Of a stretch of DNA of 15,727 nt, positions 1 to 7,912 are shown in pieces. A program made the position numbers and the translations under genes. Position 1 is the stretch's first letter. Each line of letters begins with the position of its first letter. This DNA is from Deltaproteobacteria bacterium (lineage in GTDB: Bacteria; SAR324; NAC60-12): NCBI GenBank assembly GCA_038150265.1, contig JAYOTF010000052.1, positions 1 to 15,727 on the forward strand. The letters run 5' to 3'. Under the pieces are notes generated by a model. It was not told the DNA's origin and made no database searches. It saw nothing but the letters and a program-made list of their open reading frames with translations.

Positions 1-57
1 CTCGAGGAAGAAGGCAAGATCGTCATTGCCGGCGGGGGCGGCTCCGACGTCGTCTGA
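1..57 (+). CDS. fliG: C-terminal fragment of probable flagellar motor switch protein FliG (truncated by window edge)
   Basis: Frame 1 reads LEEEGKIVIAGGGGSDVV* (TGA 55-57), resembling the typical FliG C-terminus (LEE.G.IVI..GGG). Only 18 codons are visible and it is not in the ORF track. Confidence 0.7.
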   Translation, partial: LEEEGKIVIAGGGGSDVV

Positions 58-64
58 CGCGCTC

Positions 65-82
65 GCCCTGGGGCCTCAGGGC
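65..82. terminator. GC-rich hairpin between convergent genes (possible terminator or pause site)
   Basis: GCCCTG (65-70) pairs with CAGGGC (77-82), plus a G71-T76 wobble and a 4-nt loop. It lies between stops at 57 (+) and 89 (-). No U-tract on either strand. Confidence 0.3.
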
Positions 83-88
83 TCTGCT

Positions 89-373
89 TCACCGGCAGGC
101 GAAGACCAGCACGCGTTCCCACGCCGGAATCGCAATTCCCAACGTCAGCTGGCTCCCCGGACGCTGGTGCCGGCTCAGCTCGATGAATCCCTCCTCGCAG
201 GTGCGGGTTGCCCTGGCTTCGCAATCCGCCCACGTCTGGGCATTTCCATGACAGATCACCCGGTGCCGTTTCCCTTCAATCGAGGGCGCCTTCGGCTGGC
301 AGGCACCCAGCCCTCCGGTCAGCAGGAGCACAAGGACGACACGTTGAGACAGGCGAAGCACGGGGTGTTTCAT
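89..373 (-). CDS. Small hypothetical lipoprotein (94 aa) with four additional cysteines
   Basis: Basic N-terminus, hydrophobic stretch VVLVLLLTGG and lipobox LGA-C. The ATG (371-373) overlaps the pdxA TGA (373-375) as TGATG, indicating translational coupling. Confidence 0.7.
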   Translation of the reverse strand: MKHPVLRLSQRVVLVLLLTGGLGACQPKAPSIEGKRHRVICHGNAQTWADCEARATRTCEEGFIELSRHQRPGSQLTLGIAIPAWERVLVFACR

Positions 374-1371
374 CAGGCGGAAGCCACCATCTGCCGAGCC
401 ATGGCAATGGCCGCGATCATGGAGCCCGGGTTGGCCTGAAACAGCGGGGCCCGGTCAAACGCGGTTCCGTGATCCACCGACGTCCGGATGATCGGCAGGC
501 CGAGGGTCACGTTGACGGCCCGGTCGAACCCGACCAGCTTCAGGGGGATCAGGGCCTGGTCGTGGTACAGAGCGACCACGGCATCAAACTCGCCCTGCGC
601 ATGCCGCAGAAAGACCGTGTCAGGCGGCAACGGCCCCGTCACCTGAATCCCCGCCCGCCGGGCCTGCTCCAGAGCGGGCTCCAGGATGTCCTGCTCTTCC
701 CTCCCAAACAGCCCATTTTCACCAGCATGGGGGTTCAGGCCGGGCAGCACCAACCGAGGATGCGGCACCCCCATCTGAATCAGGGCGTCATGGGTGATCT
801 GCAGCACCTCTCCCACCAACTCCGGCGTCAGCGTCTCTAACACTTGACGGAGGGACATGTGAAGCGTCACCATGGTGGCTCGGAGTTGATCCACTGCGAG
901 CATCATCACGGACCGAGCCCCATTGGTGTAGTGGGACAGCAACTCGGTGTGTCCGGGAAACGCATGCCCAGCGGCCTGAAGGGCTTCCTTGGCCAGCGGG
1001 GCGGTCACGAGCGCCGCAAGGCTTCCGGAGTTGGCCCACTCAATGGCTTCTCGGACAAACCGGAACGCTGAGGCACCGCCCCAGGCACAGCAGGTGCCAA
1101 GCTCCCAGTGCCGTCCTTCAGCGACCGCCAGGTCCAGCACCGGAACCTGAGGGCGAGGTGGCAGCGGCGTTTCCGGAAGCCAGCCTTGCAGCGGAACGGG
1201 GTGCCCCAGCGCCGCGTTGACGGCCTCCAGCACCTCCAGGTCTCCGAAGATCAGCGGCTGCCACCCGTCAAAGGGAGCGAGCTCTTTCAGGGCCCGTAGC
1301 GTGACCTCCGGGCCGATGCCATTGGGGTCCCCCAACGTTAAGCCCAACACGGGGCATTCAGACACCTTCAT
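373..1371 (-). CDS. pdxA: 4-hydroxythreonine-4-phosphate dehydrogenase (PdxA family)
   Basis: Motifs TLGDPNGIGPE, FPGHTE, NPHAGE, PPDT, YHDQ and GLPIIRTSVDHGTA. ATG at 1371 preferred, GTG at 1380 is the alternative. PdxA versus PdxA2 is not resolvable by eye. Confidence 0.92.
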   Translation of the reverse strand: MKVSECPVLGLTLGDPNGIGPEVTLRALKELAPFDGWQPLIFGDLEVLEAVNAALGHPVPLQGWLPETPLPPRPQVPVLDLAVAEGRHWELGTCCAWGGASAFRFVREAIEWANSGSLAALVTAPLAKEALQAAGHAFPGHTELLSHYTNGARSVMMLAVDQLRATMVTLHMSLRQVLETLTPELVGEVLQITHDALIQMGVPHPRLVLPGLNPHAGENGLFGREEQDILEPALEQARRAGIQVTGPLPPDTVFLRHAQGEFDAVVALYHDQALIPLKLVGFDRAVNVTLGLPIIRTSVDHGTAFDRAPLFQANPGSMIAAIAMARQMVASA

Positions 1372-1387
1372 ACGAAACACAAAGACA

Positions 1388-2128
1388 ATGGACGTTCAGA
1401 ATCGGGTTGCACTGGTCACCGGAGCCGGCGTTCGACTGGGACAGGCCCTCGCCGTGCACCTCGCTCAGCTTGGCATGCGGATTGGGGTACACTACCACCG
1501 GTCGGAAGCAGGGGCAAACGAAACGCTCCAGCGCCTGCAGAGGCCCACGGATGCTCCCGGTTGGCATGCGACCTTTGCGGCGGACCTTCGCAACGTGGAG
1601 GCGCTCCCAGAGCTTGTGGAGCAGGTGGAAGCCACGCTGGGACCGATTGCGGTACTAGTCAACAATGCAGCTGATTTTTTTCCGACGCCTTTGCTGGAAA
1701 CATCCGAGGCGGACTGGGATCACCTCTTCTCGCTCAACCTCAAGGCCCCGTTCTTTCTGACACAGGCGGTGGCGGCCCGGATGCTGCCCCGGCAGGAAGG
1801 AAAGATCCTCAACATCCTTGATGTCGCGGCCGAACGTCCCTGGCCCGGCTTCCTTCCCTACAGCGCGACCAAGGCCGGACTCGCCTCCCTCACCCAGGGA
1901 CTCGCCAAGGCGCTGGCCCCGCACCTTCAGGTCAATGGCATTGCCCCCGGAACCGTGCTGCCGCCTCCGGAATCCGACGCGTTTGGCATTGAACAATCGC
2001 TGGAGCGGAGCCTCCTCAAGCGCATTGGAGACGCGAGCGATGTCACCCGGGCGGCGCAGTACCTGATTGAGTCCGATTTTGTCACCGGAACCGTGATGGC
2101 CGTGGATGGCGGACGTTTGCTCGCTTGA
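1388..2128 (+). CDS. Short-chain dehydrogenase/reductase, pteridine reductase (PTR1/FolM)-like
   Basis: From ATG 1388: MDVQNRVALVTGAGVRLG (TGxxxRLG), HYHRS, LVNNA, ILD...YSATK (Asp plus YxxxK), VNGIAPG and C-terminal VDGG. The ORF-track extension to 1217 overlaps pdxA and is rejected. Confidence 0.85.
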   Translation: MDVQNRVALVTGAGVRLGQALAVHLAQLGMRIGVHYHRSEAGANETLQRLQRPTDAPGWHATFAADLRNVEALPELVEQVEATLGPIAVLVNNAADFFPTPLLETSEADWDHLFSLNLKAPFFLTQAVAARMLPRQEGKILNILDVAAERPWPGFLPYSATKAGLASLTQGLAKALAPHLQVNGIAPGTVLPPPESDAFGIEQSLERSLLKRIGDASDVTRAAQYLIESDFVTGTVMAVDGGRLLA

Positions 2129-2260
2129 AAATCCCTTTCAAAATTGTAACTTTGAGGAAAGTTTTCGGCAAATTCCAGGGGGTACGGTAAACCCCCAGGG
2201 CCGACACAGGGTCGGCCATTCGGTCAACAGTAACTAGATTTTGATCCAAATGAGGTGACC

Positions 2261-3328
2261 ATGCATTGGAAAAAGAGACTGATGGGATTCGTGCTGCTCC
2301 TGCTCCTTCCGGTGTCGCTGCTGAGCGCGGCGAGCCGGCTCTCTGCCGATGAGCAGGAAAACATCCGGATTTACCAGAATGCGACGCAGGCGGTGGTGAA
2401 CATCACCAACCTGGCGATGAGCTACGACTACTTCTACCGCCCGGTCCCAACCGGAAAGGGCACGGGCACCGGGTTCCTCATCGACCGCAGCGGCACCATC
2501 CTCACCAACTTCCACGTCATTGAAGGCGCCCAGAAGCTGGTGGTGACGCTTTCGGACAACAGCCAGTGGCCCGCTGAAATCGTCGGGGCTGACCCGAACA
2601 ACGACCTCGCCGTGCTCCGCATTCAGGCACCTCCGGAGCAGTACGGCACACTTGATCTGGCAAGCTCGAGTGATGTTCAGGTAGGACAGAAGGTGCTGGC
2701 CCTCGGGAACCCCTTTGGGCTCCGGCAGACCCTCACCACCGGCATCATCAGCGCGTTGGGCCGCACCATTGACGCCAAGAATGGACGCAAGATCAGCGGC
2801 ATCATTCAGACGGACGCCGCGATCAACCCCGGAAACTCCGGAGGCCCATTGCTCGACAGCGACGGCCGCGTCATTGGCATCAACACCGCCATCATTGGCG
2901 AGGCCGGAAGCGTCGGCATCGGCTTTGCGGTCCCGATTGATACCGTCAAGCGGGCGCTCCCGGATCTGCTCGAGTACGGCTACGTGCAGCGTCCCTGGCT
3001 GGGGGTGGAGCCGATTCCGACCGTCTTCCTCCAGCGCCTCGGGATGCAGATTCCTGCCGGCCTGCTCGTGGCCCAGGTCGTCCGGGGCGGACCTGCTGCC
3101 GAGTCCGGAATCCGTGGCGCCTCCCAGACGATGGTCGTCGGGCGTTACCAGGTGCCCTGGGGCGGTGACCTGATTCAGGCCGTCGATGGGGAAAAGGTGG
3201 AGAGTTTTGAAGACCTCGCCTCGCAGATTGAGAGTCACAAGTCCGGAGACACGGTGGTCCTGACCATCCTCCGAGACGATCAGGAGCAACAGATCTCCGT
3301 CACCCTGCAAGCACGGCCTCGCCCATGA
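2261..3328 (+). CDS. HtrA/Deg-family trypsin-like serine protease with signal peptide and one PDZ domain
   Basis: Catalytic triad motifs TNFHV, NDLAVL and GNSGGPL, plus IQTDAAIN. PDZ features RPWLGV, GPAAESGI and GGDLIQAVDG. Hydrophobic N-terminus. GAGGTG Shine-Dalgarno precedes ATG 2261. Confidence 0.93.
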   Translation: MHWKKRLMGFVLLLLLPVSLLSAASRLSADEQENIRIYQNATQAVVNITNLAMSYDYFYRPVPTGKGTGTGFLIDRSGTILTNFHVIEGAQKLVVTLSDNSQWPAEIVGADPNNDLAVLRIQAPPEQYGTLDLASSSDVQVGQKVLALGNPFGLRQTLTTGIISALGRTIDAKNGRKISGIIQTDAAINPGNSGGPLLDSDGRVIGINTAIIGEAGSVGIGFAVPIDTVKRALPDLLEYGYVQRPWLGVEPIPTVFLQRLGMQIPAGLLVAQVVRGGPAAESGIRGASQTMVVGRYQVPWGGDLIQAVDGEKVESFEDLASQIESHKSGDTVVLTILRDDQEQQISVTLQARPRP

Positions 3329-4233
3329 ACCCGAACTCCCCCAATGCCTACGCGTCTGGACCTCTGGACCGAGCCGCTCACCTGCGAGAGGACCCCGAGT
3401 GGCTCCAGCAGCAGCGGTCGTCTGAGCAAACCCGCTGGGTGGCCGTCCAGGGCTCGCAGAGCTTGGTGACGCCTGACATGCTCTCTGCGGTGTGGCTGAA
3501 TTCAGCAGCGGTTCAGGCAGCGGGGGAAGACCTTCAGCGCCACGCCATCTTCCTGGGAACCCGGGCGGAACAGGCGTACTTTGCCCTGGAAGTGCCACCA
3601 GAGCAGGAGGGGCTGGAAGGAGCGCACGCCGTCTTTGCCGACCTGCGTCAGGTGGGGCCGGGACTTCCGGGAGACGAGGGGGCCATTTTGGCGTATGCGC
3701 GCGGAATGGTCCTCTGGAGCCAGCGGACCCGCTTCTGCTCGGTCTGCGGAGCGCCGCTGCAAACGGAATCAGCCGGACACGTGAAGCGCTGCCCGCAAGA
3801 GGCCTGTGGAGCCAGCCACTTCCCCCGAACCGATCCGGCTGTGATCATGCTGGTGCATGACGGAGACCGCGTGGTGCTGGGGCGCCAGCCTCAGTGGCCT
3901 GCAGGCATGCACTCGATTCTGGCTGGATTTGTGGAGCCCGGGGAAAGCCTGGAAGACACCGTGGCGCGTGAAGTCTGGGAGGAGGTTGGCCTGAAGGTGG
4001 GGGCCCCGCAGTATCACTCGTCGCAGCCCTGGCCCTTTCCGGCATCCATCATGCTGGGCTTCACGGTGGAGGCCACCAGCACCGAGCTTTCAGTGCATCC
4101 GGAAGAGCTGGAATCCGCCCAGTGGTTCACACGGGAGGAGCTTCGGAGGCTTCCGCAAGAGGGAACCTTCCGCTTGCCTCGTCCGGACTCGATTGCCCGC
4201 CGCATCCTCAACGAGTGGCTGGCTGCGGGTTAG
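3325..4233 (+). CDS. nudC: NAD(+)/NADH diphosphatase, Nudix hydrolase NudC
   Basis: Zn-ribbon CSVCG...CPQEAC, FPRTDPAVI, Nudix box AGFVEPGESLEDTVAREVWEEVGL and the NudC signature SQPWPFP. ATGA overlap with the protease stop. Confidence 0.95.
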   Translation: MNPNSPNAYASGPLDRAAHLREDPEWLQQQRSSEQTRWVAVQGSQSLVTPDMLSAVWLNSAAVQAAGEDLQRHAIFLGTRAEQAYFALEVPPEQEGLEGAHAVFADLRQVGPGLPGDEGAILAYARGMVLWSQRTRFCSVCGAPLQTESAGHVKRCPQEACGASHFPRTDPAVIMLVHDGDRVVLGRQPQWPAGMHSILAGFVEPGESLEDTVAREVWEEVGLKVGAPQYHSSQPWPFPASIMLGFTVEATSTELSVHPEELESAQWFTREELRRLPQEGTFRLPRPDSIARRILNEWLAAG

Positions 4234-5807
4234 CCGCCGAGGCGTTGCCGTGCGAGTCCAAGCCCCCGGAACAGATCGGACGCGGTCAGGTTGCCGGGCG
4301 CCAGGCCTTCCCGCACCAGGTGGTCTGCGGCTGCGCCATGCAGGTACACGCCGGCCAGCGCTGCTGCCAACGGACTCAGCCCCTGCACCAGCAGGGAGCC
4401 GATCACGCCCGCCAGCACGTCTCCGGAGCCGGCGGTGGCAAGCCCCACGTTTCCGGTGGGGTTGAGGTACAGCCGCCCTTCCGGGTCGCCAATCACCGTC
4501 TGAGCCCCCTTCAGCACCAGGATCACCTTCCACTCCCTGGCCAGGCGCCGCACCGTTTGCAGGCGGGCGACCTGAATGGCCTCCACGCTCAGGCCGCTCA
4601 GGCGTGCCAACTCGCCGGGATGCGGCGTGAGGATGGTCGGAAATTGCCGGGTCCGGAAGTGCTCGGGCGTCACGGCATTGAGGCCGTCGGCATCCAGCAC
4701 CAGCGGTTTCTTCAAGCGAGGCAGCAACTCCCGGACAAAGGTCTCGGTATCCGGATGCCGACCCAGGCCGCACCCGAGGACGACTCCGGAGCGCTGGTGC
4801 GCGGCATTTTCCACAAAATCTCCGTCTTCTTCCCGAAACGCGGTGTGCTGGCCCGGGGGGGAGAGGGTCATGACCTCGGGAGCATTGCCCGGAAGCCGGT
4901 CCTGCAGCACCCCCGGAACGCAAGCGGTGACGAGTCCAGCGCCATTCTTGAGGGCGCCCAGGGACGCCAGAAGCGCCGCACCGCCCATGCCGGCAGAGCC
5001 ACAAACCGTGAGCAGGTGCCCAAAGGTGCCCTTGTGCCCATGAGCCGGAAGAGGCGGGAGGATGGCGCGAGTGAAGGCCTTGGTGAGCCGCCACGTTTGC
5101 GGGGCACTGCTGGGCCAGGTGGGGGGGATGGAAATGTCGGGAACGGTGATGCGTCCGCAGTAGCTGGAGCCCGGTTGCTGGAAGCACCCCGGCTTGCCAA
5201 ACTGAAAGCTGATGGTGAAGTCACTCCGGACGGCCAGGCCCATCAGGCGGCTGTCGTCGCTGGAGACGCCCGACGGCACATCCAGGGCCACCCGAATGGC
5301 CTGCTCGTTGGCGTTCATGGTTTCAATCCACTCGCGGTACGCGCCTTCGACGGGGCGTTCCAGGCCAATCCCGAAGATGGCATCAAGGATCACCTCCGCC
5401 TGTTCCAGCAGCCGAGTGGCATCTGGACTCGGGTAGGACACGCTTTCGCCAAAATGCTGCCAGAGCTTCTGGTTGCGGAGCGCATCCGGAGTCTGGGCCT
5501 CTCCGGCATCGACAACGGTGACCCGGTACCCGCGGTTGGCGAGCAACCGGGCCGCGGCAAAACCGTCTCCGCCGTTGTTGCCCTTGCCGCAGCAGACCAC
5601 AATGCGAGCCCGCGGGCGCTCTCGCAGGACTTCGCGGTCCAGCTGATCGACCACACTCCGGGCCGCGTTTTCCATCAGCACCACGCCCGGAAGCCCGAGG
5701 TCTTCAATGGCATGGCGGTCCATCTCCTTCATGGTTGCGGCATCAGCCAGACGCCGGAGGAGTTCGGTGGGGAGGGCGGGAGTCGGAATGGGGTCAGGTG
5801 TGTTCAT
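4230..5807 (-). CDS. nnr: Bifunctional NAD(P)H-hydrate repair enzyme (NnrE epimerase plus NnrD dehydratase)
   Basis: YjeF_N motifs LMENAA, GKGNNGGDG, DAIFGIG and DVPSG. Dehydratase motifs HKGTFG, LDADGL, TPHPGE, LKG and ATAGSGDVLAG. Confidence 0.95.
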   Translation of the reverse strand: MNTPDPIPTPALPTELLRRLADAATMKEMDRHAIEDLGLPGVVLMENAARSVVDQLDREVLRERPRARIVVCCGKGNNGGDGFAAARLLANRGYRVTVVDAGEAQTPDALRNQKLWQHFGESVSYPSPDATRLLEQAEVILDAIFGIGLERPVEGAYREWIETMNANEQAIRVALDVPSGVSSDDSRLMGLAVRSDFTISFQFGKPGCFQQPGSSYCGRITVPDISIPPTWPSSAPQTWRLTKAFTRAILPPLPAHGHKGTFGHLLTVCGSAGMGGAALLASLGALKNGAGLVTACVPGVLQDRLPGNAPEVMTLSPPGQHTAFREEDGDFVENAAHQRSGVVLGCGLGRHPDTETFVRELLPRLKKPLVLDADGLNAVTPEHFRTRQFPTILTPHPGELARLSGLSVEAIQVARLQTVRRLAREWKVILVLKGAQTVIGDPEGRLYLNPTGNVGLATAGSGDVLAGVIGSLLVQGLSPLAAALAGVYLHGAAADHLVREGLAPGNLTASDLFRGLGLARQRLGG

Positions 5808-7207
5808 GTTGGTTGTTCAAAGCGTTCAATGTCATCTTCTCCCAGGTAGGCGCCGAGCTGGACCTCGATCACCTCCAGTGGCAGGCGGCCTCGGTTGCTG
5901 AGCTGGTGCCGTACGCCTTGGGGAATGTAGGCGGACTGGTTTTCGGAAAGCAGCAGGGTCTCGCCTTCGCGGTGGACATCTGCGGTGCCCTGAAGGACGA
6001 CCCAGTGCTCGCTCCGGTGCCGGTGCCGCTGGTACGAGAGGCTGCTGCCCGGGTCGATTTCCAGCAGACGGATCTGGAAGCTGTCGCCCTCGAGCACGGT
6101 GGTGGCGCTGCCCCAGGGACGCAGCACCCGCGTGTGGAACTGGTACTCGTGCCGGTCCTCTTCCTTCAGGGTCTCGACCAGGCGTTTGACATCCTGCGAA
6201 CGCCGGAGGTCACAGACGAGCAGCGCGTCATCGGTTTCCACAATCAGGAGGTTTTCCACCCCAATGCTGGTGACCAGCTTCTTGGTGCTGATGATGAGGG
6301 AGTTCCGGGTTTCGTGGCAAATGACGTTTCCCTTCAGCACGTTCCCGGATTCATTTTTTTCCGACACCTCATAGAGGCTTTCCCAGCTCCCCAGGTCACT
6401 CCAGCCAATGTCATCCACCGGCAGGACGGCGATGCGGTCCGATTTTTCCAGCACGGCGTAATCGATGGACTCACTCCGGATGCGGCCAAACACGGGGCCG
6501 ACCTGTTCGGGATCGGCAAGCTGTTCCGGAGTCAGGGCCGCGTCTTCAAAGGTGGCCAGCATGTCGGGCGCACACTTCCGGAACTCGTCCAGGAAGGTCT
6601 GGGCAGAGGCGAGGAAGATGCCGGCATTCCAGGTGTTTTCTGGAGAGGCGACGAGGCGCTCGGCAGTCGGGAGGTCGGGCTTCTCCAGAAACTTGCGGAT
6701 CCGGAAGCCCACCTCCAGTGGTTCTCCTGCCTGAATGTAGCCGTAACCCGTTTCCGGACGGTCGGGACGGATGCCGAAGCAGACCAGCCAGTTTTGCTCC
6801 GTAAGCGCCGTGGCCGACCGAACGGCTTCGAGAAAGCGCTTGGGGTGCTGAATGAGGTGGTCGGCGGGCAGCACCAGCACCGGCTCGTGCCGGCGAGCTT
6901 CCGGAACCTGCAGGATGCCCCAGAGGATGGCGGGGGCAGTGTTCCGGGCCTGAGGCTCCAGCAGAACCTGGTGCGGGTGGACGTCTGGCAGCACCTGCTT
7001 CATCTGCTGCCGCAGCTCATGCTGGTGCGATTCTGAGCCAATGACCCAGATGTCTTCCGGAGCAACCGCCCCTTCCAGGCGGCTGCAGGTTTCCTGAAAG
7101 AGCGATTCATGGGTGGCGCCCAGGCTCAGGAACTGCTTCGGGCTCATGGTGCGGCTGTACGGCCAGAGGCGGGTTCCGCTTCCGCCAGCCAGGATCATGG
7201 CAATCAT
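5804..7207 (-). CDS. manC: Mannose-1-phosphate guanylyltransferase / mannose-6-phosphate isomerase (type II PMI-GMP)
   Basis: ILAGGSGTRLWP.SR...PKQF, EPQARNTAPA, PADH, ETGYGYI, FLEKP, WNAGIF, SIDYAVLEK and GWSDLGSW. C-terminal cupin has RPWG, HRSEHW and EVQLGAYLGEDDIERF. ATG 7207 has GAGGT upstream; the ORF track starts at TTG 7219. Confidence 0.95.
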   Translation of the reverse strand: MIAMILAGGSGTRLWPYSRTMSPKQFLSLGATHESLFQETCSRLEGAVAPEDIWVIGSESHQHELRQQMKQVLPDVHPHQVLLEPQARNTAPAILWGILQVPEARRHEPVLVLPADHLIQHPKRFLEAVRSATALTEQNWLVCFGIRPDRPETGYGYIQAGEPLEVGFRIRKFLEKPDLPTAERLVASPENTWNAGIFLASAQTFLDEFRKCAPDMLATFEDAALTPEQLADPEQVGPVFGRIRSESIDYAVLEKSDRIAVLPVDDIGWSDLGSWESLYEVSEKNESGNVLKGNVICHETRNSLIISTKKLVTSIGVENLLIVETDDALLVCDLRRSQDVKRLVETLKEEDRHEYQFHTRVLRPWGSATTVLEGDSFQIRLLEIDPGSSLSYQRHRHRSEHWVVLQGTADVHREGETLLLSENQSAYIPQGVRHQLSNRGRLPLEVIEVQLGAYLGEDDIERFEQPT

Positions 7208-7265
7208 GGGGGACCTCAAGAAGAAGGAGTCGTCAGTTGGGAGAAACCCCTTGCAAATTGCGTAC

Positions 7266-7715
7266 TCACGGCGCCTCGTCAGCGGCGGCTTTCCGGATCA
7301 CACTCCAGGTGAAGTCGCCCAGTTGCTTGACCTCGGCGAGGAAGGCTCCATACGGGGCGCTGCCGTCCCACTCTTCTGGACTGATCATCGTCAGGGTGCA
7401 GGCCTCATCCTTCTCATAAAGGAAGTAGGTCTGCCCCACGACTGGTGCAAACGAGCACCGCGCTTCCCGGACCTTGCGGCGGATCTCGGCTTCAAACTCC
7501 AACTGCTCGGCTTGCTCCAGCAGGAGGCGGGCCTGCTCCTGAAGGCGCTCGACTTCGCGATTTGCCGTCTCGTTGGTTCGGGCCAGGGCCCGGTCGGAAC
7601 GGTGCGTCTTTTCCGTGACGTGTTCCGTCGGGGTGGTGATCTGAGTGGGGTAGTGTCGCTGAACTTCACGGATCAGGGACTTGGAGGAGGCGTCTTGCGG
7701 CATGAGGCGGACCAT
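7266..7715 (-). CDS. Hypothetical protein, probable DUF2452 family
   Basis: Coiled-coil-like centre (EVERLQEQARLLLEQAEQLE), then ARCSFAPVVGQTYFLY, ISPEEW and DFTW, a pattern I recall as DUF2452. Start is 7715 or 7703. Confidence 0.7.
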   Translation of the reverse strand: MVRLMPQDASSKSLIREVQRHYPTQITTPTEHVTEKTHRSDRALARTNETANREVERLQEQARLLLEQAEQLEFEAEIRRKVREARCSFAPVVGQTYFLYEKDEACTLTMISPEEWDGSAPYGAFLAEVKQLGDFTWSVIRKAAADEAP

Positions 7716-7832
7716 GAGAAGGAAGTGTTGGGTTTCAACGTGAACGAAACCACTGAAAAAGTCAGGGGAAATCCTGCGTTTCTCAGGGACTCCCTTATTA
7801 AATCACTAAATGTGCATACGTTGAAATAAAAC

Positions 7833-7860
7833 TTGAACCTCAGAGCAGAATCGCTATGAT
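7833..7860 (+). promoter_or_regulatory. Putative sigma70-type promoter for metH-metF
   Basis: TTGAAC (7833-7838), 16-bp spacer, TATGAT (7855-7860) in an AT-rich intergenic region, with A-rich sequence upstream. Confidence 0.5.
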
Positions 7861-7912
7861 GAGCGTCACTTTTTCAAGTGATTTCAAGACGTCCTGTCTG
7901 TGACAACCCCAA

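Noticed and set aside
1217..1387. N-terminal extension of the SDR given by the ORF track
   Set aside because: It overlaps the conserved pdxA N-terminus. The SDR fold begins right after ATG 1388.
2234..3598. 454-aa minus-strand ORF
   Set aside because: It is antisense to the HtrA protease and nudC, with no motifs.
4122..7036. Long plus-strand ORFs 4122-5849 and 5735-7036
   Set aside because: They are antisense shadows of nnr and manC with no domain signatures.
7887..7894. AGACGTCC, a 7/8 match to the MetJ Met box (AGACGTCT), upstream of metH
   Set aside because: MetJ needs at least two tandem 8-bp boxes, and the flanking octamers do not match.
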